From a virus (lineage: Duplodnaviria; Caudoviricetes): a stretch of 64,000 nt of DNA. Of the stretch, positions 60,034 to 64,000 are shown in pieces (the stretch's first letter is position 1; each line of letters opens with the position of its first letter). The position numbers were made by a program, and so were the translations under genes. Location: IMG/VR virus record IMGVR_UViG_3300030055_000003. One strand, written 5' to 3'. The notes under the pieces are model-generated. The model had not been told where the DNA came from. It saw nothing but the letters and a program-made list of their open reading frames with translations, and ran no database searches.

Positions 60034-60825
60034 GTGAATAACATGAATATGAAGTCAATAAAGAACTTGATAAAAATAGTTGCAATTAGTGGAATCGTAG
60101 TGATGTTTAATATAACACCAAGTTTTGCAAGTGATAAAGTTGAAACCATTAATGATTTTTGTAATAAGTATGGAATTGTTAATAATGGTAAGATTGATAA
60201 TGAAAGACTTTATGGTATTAATACCGAGACTAAAGAAAATGGAGACTCTATTATTAAATATTCTAATGGAAGTTGGTCTTTATATAATATTAAAGCAAAT
60301 AAGTATATATTTAAACCCCTAGAGTCAAATGAGAATTTGGTTTGCAATAATATAGATGATTTAAGTAAATGTAGTCTAGCTTATACAGAAATAAAAAATG
60401 ACCATTTAAATATAGAATTAGGAGCACATAGTAATATTATTTATGCAGATAATTTAAATACTAATCAAGATTTAGAAAATTATGCTAAACAATGGCTAAA
60501 AGATACTTATAATATAACATTAGATATTCCCATTTATTATAATAATATAACTGATAAAGATGGAGTTACAATAAATGGATTATATAACTATAAAACATAT
60601 AAAGACAAGTATACTCCAATATCTATAGAAATAAATCAAGGAAATATAGATATTCAAAAAGAAAAATATATTATTCATGAAATGACACATTATGCTTTAG
60701 ATAAATTAGATAAACCTTCAAAAGATAGTGATACAATATTCGAAAAAGAATGCATAAAAAATGGAGGAGACACTAATTATGGAGGAATAGGATTATTGCA
60801 CAGTCATTTAAAAAGTACATTGTAA
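60034..60825 (+). CDS. Secreted SprT-like zinc metallopeptidase-domain moron protein
   Basis: Signal-peptide-like N-terminus (MKSIKNLIKIVAISGIVV...SFA), IIHEMTHYAL (HExxH). Confidence 0.6.
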   Translation: MNNMNMKSIKNLIKIVAISGIVVMFNITPSFASDKVETINDFCNKYGIVNNGKIDNERLYGINTETKENGDSIIKYSNGSWSLYNIKANKYIFKPLESNENLVCNNIDDLSKCSLAYTEIKNDHLNIELGAHSNIIYADNLNTNQDLENYAKQWLKDTYNITLDIPIYYNNITDKDGVTINGLYNYKTYKDKYTPISIEINQGNIDIQKEKYIIHEMTHYALDKLDKPSKDSDTIFEKECIKNGGDTNYGGIGLLHSHLKSTL

Positions 60826-60855
60826 TAATAGAAAATTAAAACACATAAAGTGATT

Positions 60856-60883
60856 AAGAATAGTATTTTTGCTATTCTTTTTT
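60856..60883 (+). terminator. Terminator after metallopeptidase moron
   Basis: aagaatag/ctattctt plus T run. Confidence 0.65.
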
Positions 60884-60915
60884 GTTGTGTAAAAATAAAT
60901 TAAAGGAGGGACTTT

Positions 60916-61299
60916 ATGACAACATTAGAGAAAATAAATAAAACAGACAATGAAAAATTAACAGGCAGTGATATAAAAAAAATTGATGATAATGCTACTA
61001 AGATAGAAAATACTTTAAATAATCTCCCAACTGGTTCTGGAAGTACTGTTACAACAAGTACTACTAATGGAAATATAAAAATAGATGGAGTAGAGAGCAA
61101 AGTATATACTGCACCTACCTATACTAAATCAGATGTTGGGTTAGGAAATGTAGATAATACAAGTGATTTAAACAAACCAATATCAACAGCAATGCAAACG
61201 GCTTTAAATTTAAAAGCAACAGTGGTAGCATTAACTGCAACTGAATATTCTGCTATAACGACTCCTGTTGCCACTACTTTGTATTTAATAAAAGCGTAG
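60916..61299 (+). CDS. Small tail-fibre-associated protein
   Basis: KSDVGLGNVDNTSDLNKPISTA repeat and LTATEYSA...TTLYLI C-terminal motif. Confidence 0.6.
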   Translation: MTTLEKINKTDNEKLTGSDIKKIDDNATKIENTLNNLPTGSGSTVTTSTTNGNIKIDGVESKVYTAPTYTKSDVGLGNVDNTSDLNKPISTAMQTALNLKATVVALTATEYSAITTPVATTLYLIKA

Positions 61300-61309
61300 G
61301 TGAAGGAAT

Positions 61310-61996
61310 ATGAGAGTAGAAATTAAAGATGTTCATTATGGGAATAATATAATAAATAAAATATATTATGGAAGTAATCTAGTATTTGATAGATTTACAG
61401 ATAAATCTTACAATGTATATGTGTTTAATTTAACTAAAGTTACTAGCAATTATACTTTGACGTTACAAAATATAAACGAGGGAACACAAACAAATTGGGG
61501 AGATGGTATGATAGATACAAGTTTAACTCATACATATGCAAGTCAAGGTATTTATACTGTAAAAACTAGACAAAGGGTGAATACAACAAATGGTAATGGG
61601 AATACAAATACTAAAAAAAGTTTAATTGAATGCACTAATATCGATAACACTTTAACCGTTTGTAGTTTTATGTTTATTGATTGTACTGGTTTAACTAATG
61701 CACCTATAATACCTAATAGTGTTACTAATTGTGATACTATGTTTGATGGTTGTACTGGTTTAACTAATGCACCTATAATACCTAATAGTGTTACTAATTG
61801 TAGTTTTATGTTTAATAATTGTACTAGTTTGACTAGCATTCCACAAACTAATATAGATTTAATGCAAGCAGTTAAAAATGGAACTAATACTATTTGTGCA
61901 GATTATATGTATTGTTATGGTGGTTGTACACATATTACTAGTCCTCAAACATATGCTACTTTGTTAAGTTTATACTCTAACTGGTTCACTATGTAA
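61310..61996 (+). CDS. Tail-associated protein with BspA/LRR-like repeats
   Basis: IKDVHYG...KIYYGSNLVF N-terminus; 23-aa repeats MFxxCTGLTNAPIIPNSVTNC. Confidence 0.6.
   Translation: MRVEIKDVHYGNNIINKIYYGSNLVFDRFTDKSYNVYVFNLTKVTSNYTLTLQNINEGTQTNWGDGMIDTSLTHTYASQGIYTVKTRQRVNTTNGNGNTNTKKSLIECTNIDNTLTVCSFMFIDCTGLTNAPIIPNSVTNCDTMFDGCTGLTNAPIIPNSVTNCSFMFNNCTSLTSIPQTNIDLMQAVKNGTNTICADYMYCYGGCTHITSPQTYATLLSLYSNWFTM
61681..61801 (+). repeat. 52-bp exact direct repeat (period 69 bp) within LRR gene
   Basis: 61681-61732 identical to 61750-61801. Confidence 0.85.
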
Positions 61997-62120
61997 ACTT
62001 TAAATTAAAAGAATCAATTTATAAGGACTTTTAGGAGACATAATTTTATTATGTAAACTAAACTGTATTAATTTTGGCGATAACTCCAAATGTTGTCGTC
62101 TATTTTAATGAAATCAAAAA

Positions 62121-63047
62121 ATGAAAGGAAGTAATAAAATGAAAATATCAATAGATTTAGGACATGAATGCTCCCCTTATGATATTGGGGCAGACGGTAA
62201 TATCTCTGAACAAGAAATAATTGATGCTGTAGGTAGTTTAGTAATATTTAAATTAAAAAATTTAGGTAACACAGTAATTGAGACAAGACCTAACTCTTGT
62301 ATAAGTGTAGGTAACTCATTATGGCAAAGATATAATAAATCAGATGATAATAAAAGTGATTGGTGTATAAGTATTCATGCAAATGCCTCAGATAATTTAA
62401 CCGCAAATGGAGTAGAAATATTTACATATGGTGGAAAAGAAATATATGAAGCAAGACAAATATTAAATAATATTGCATCAATTGGTTTTTGTAATAGAGG
62501 AATTAAAGATGGCTCAAACCTTGCGATGGTACATCGTCCTCAAGCTAAGTCGATGTTAATAGAAATATGCTTCTGTACAAATGAAAATGATTGTAATTTG
62601 TATAGAAACAATATTGAAAATATAGCAAATGCAATTGTAAATGGATTAGTTGGTTCTAGTTTGCAAAATACCAAATATTCAGTTGGTTGGAATAATGATG
62701 ATTATGGTTGGTTTTATTCTTCTGATGGTACTGATTTTTATTCAAATTGTTGGAATCAAATAGTTGATAGTACAGATAGTTCTATTTCATATTATTATTA
62801 TTTTGATAACAATGGGTATATTTTAACAAATAAATGGAAGAAAGATGAAAATGATAAATGGTATTATTTAGACCAAAATGGTAATATGGTACAAGCTAGA
62901 ACACCTGAAATAGTTAAATGGAAGAACATTGGTGGAAAATATTATTGTTTTGCTACAGATGGTTCTTTATATCAAGATTGTACTACCAATGATGGTTATA
63001 CTGTAAATAAAAATGGAGAATGGGAAACTTCTATACCTCAAAAATAA
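62121..63047 (+). CDS. Endolysin: N-acetylmuramoyl-L-alanine amidase (Amidase_3) + cell-wall-binding repeats
   Basis: IDLGH...E, SIHANA, GVEIF, MLIEICF; C-terminal WYYLDQNGNM repeats. Confidence 0.9.
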   Translation: MKGSNKMKISIDLGHECSPYDIGADGNISEQEIIDAVGSLVIFKLKNLGNTVIETRPNSCISVGNSLWQRYNKSDDNKSDWCISIHANASDNLTANGVEIFTYGGKEIYEARQILNNIASIGFCNRGIKDGSNLAMVHRPQAKSMLIEICFCTNENDCNLYRNNIENIANAIVNGLVGSSLQNTKYSVGWNNDDYGWFYSSDGTDFYSNCWNQIVDSTDSSISYYYYFDNNGYILTNKWKKDENDKWYYLDQNGNMVQARTPEIVKWKNIGGKYYCFATDGSLYQDCTTNDGYTVNKNGEWETSIPQK

Positions 63048-63102
63048 ATTTAAAAAATATAATATGTTATGCTACGTAAAAGGCAAAAGGAGTATGATAA
63101 TT

Positions 63103-63834
63103 ATGGAACAATTACAAAATCAATTATTATTAATTGAACAAGTTATTATAGGAGGTGCAATAGCTTTTGGTTTAGCTTATTTATTAAAAGAAGTTGGTGT
63201 ATTATTTACTTATTTAAAAACAAAAACATCGTTAATAAAGGATGAGAAAGTTAGAAAAATAGTAGATTCCACATTAGATGCAGTAGATAAATTAGTTATT
63301 AAGAATATTACTAATGTTGATGTAACTTTAAAGCCTGTTATTTTGCAAAGTATTGCAGATGGAAAAGTAACTCCTGATGAAATTAATAAATTATTAGAAA
63401 TTGTAAAAAACAATACTATAAAACAACTTTCTGATGATTCTCTTAAAGTATTAAATGATAGTCTTGGAGATGTAGATTTATATTTAGAAAGTACTATTGA
63501 GGACAAATTAGCTACATTAAAAATTGACCCTACTAGTGCAGTATCAAAGACCATTTTACCAGAAAAGTCTGTAGTAGTTGTGGATACAAGTATATTGACT
63601 AATCAAATAAATCAATTACAGTCTGATAAAGATGTTTTGATTCAACAAATATCACAAGTAACTTCAGATAAGACTAATGTTGAACAAGCTAATGCACAGT
63701 TATCTAACCAAGTAGATAGTTTAAATGCTCAAGTTTCACAAGTTGAGGCAGATAAAAAAATATTACAGGACAAGCTAAGTTCTATCACCAATACTTTGAC
63801 TCAAGTTGTTAATCCTACTACAAATATACAATAA
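63103..63834 (+). CDS. Holin-like protein (LL-H type) with coiled-coil tail
   Basis: N-terminal TM helix IIGGAIAFGLAYLL, follows endolysin; AAAGGAG RBS. Confidence 0.55.
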   Translation: MEQLQNQLLLIEQVIIGGAIAFGLAYLLKEVGVLFTYLKTKTSLIKDEKVRKIVDSTLDAVDKLVIKNITNVDVTLKPVILQSIADGKVTPDEINKLLEIVKNNTIKQLSDDSLKVLNDSLGDVDLYLESTIEDKLATLKIDPTSAVSKTILPEKSVVVVDTSILTNQINQLQSDKDVLIQQISQVTSDKTNVEQANAQLSNQVDSLNAQVSQVEADKKILQDKLSSITNTLTQVVNPTTNIQ

Positions 63835-63874
63835 ATAATTAATATAAATAACTATAATAAAAAGACCTAAATTT

Positions 63875-64000
63875 AAAATGTACCCTTTGTCAAGGACGAT
63901 TTAAAAAAGCCTAGGCTACATTGAGAAGATGATTTCTGTATTGGACAGGAGTCATCTTTTCTAAATCCCATTGATATCTATATTCGTTGTAATAAATCAT
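63875..64000 (-). mobile_element. Right end of an IS3-family insertion sequence (truncated by window edge)
   Basis: tgtaccctttgtcaagg terminal-repeat-like sequence at 63879; left boundary approximate. Confidence 0.7.
63911..64000 (-). CDS. IS3-family transposase C-terminus (partial)
   Basis: MIYYNEYRYQWDLEKMTPVQYRNHLLNVA*. Confidence 0.8.
   Translation of the reverse strand: MIYYNEYRYQWDLEKMTPVQYRNHLLNVA

Noticed and set aside
61681-61801. Direct repeats as a CRISPR array
   Set aside because: Only two copies, in-frame coding repeats, 17-bp gap, no cas genes; no CRISPR array seen anywhere in the window
55625-61996. Diversity-generating retroelement acting on tail genes
   Set aside because: No reverse transcriptase and no template/variable repeat pair differing at adenines seen in the window
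279-63554. Antisense and alternate-frame ORFs in the ORF track (e.g. 279-560, 3174-3485, 5441-5797, 7826-8179, 8823-9098, 10847-11155, 14401-14673, 32904-33314, 41628-41915, 43125-43430, 47088-47354, 51376-51702, 59170-59469, 63210-63554)
   Set aside because: They shadow well-supported genes, lack RBS and show the F/L/S-rich composition of reverse-translated AT-rich coding DNA

Overview
AT-rich (low-GC Firmicute, most likely Clostridium sensu stricto, C. beijerinckii-like host by inference) window covering the late region of a large SPbeta-like temperate siphophage. Left to right: 3' part of a Rep_3-type initiator (suggesting a phage-plasmid), small early genes, a YonO-like single-subunit RNA polymerase, HU, a beta-CASP metallo-hydrolase, a ~0.8-1.1 kb highly structured non-coding region, antirepressor, phosphoesterase, ClpP, then the SPbeta-like head (terminase, portal, protease/scaffold, decoration, capsid), neck, tail, tail fibre and lysis genes, ending in the right end of an IS3-family element. 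The structural module is invaded by (i) a group I intron with a GIY-YIG endonuclease that splits the tape measure gene in frame, (ii) four free-standing endonuclease genes, and (iii) three moron islands with HTH switches, type I- and type II-like toxin-antitoxin loci and secreted proteins. The most striking unexplained observations: a secreted cell-wall-binding moron protein whose C-terminus is an ungapped 39%-identical copy of a segment of the phage's own tape measure protein; a covarying hairpin/pseudoknot leader in front of all five endonuclease genes; a large candidate ncRNA; and a 12-mer (AAATTAATAGAA) recurring at least 13 times, four times at a fixed position upstream of sigmaA promoters. 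All family assignments are from motif recognition by eye, with no database searches run.
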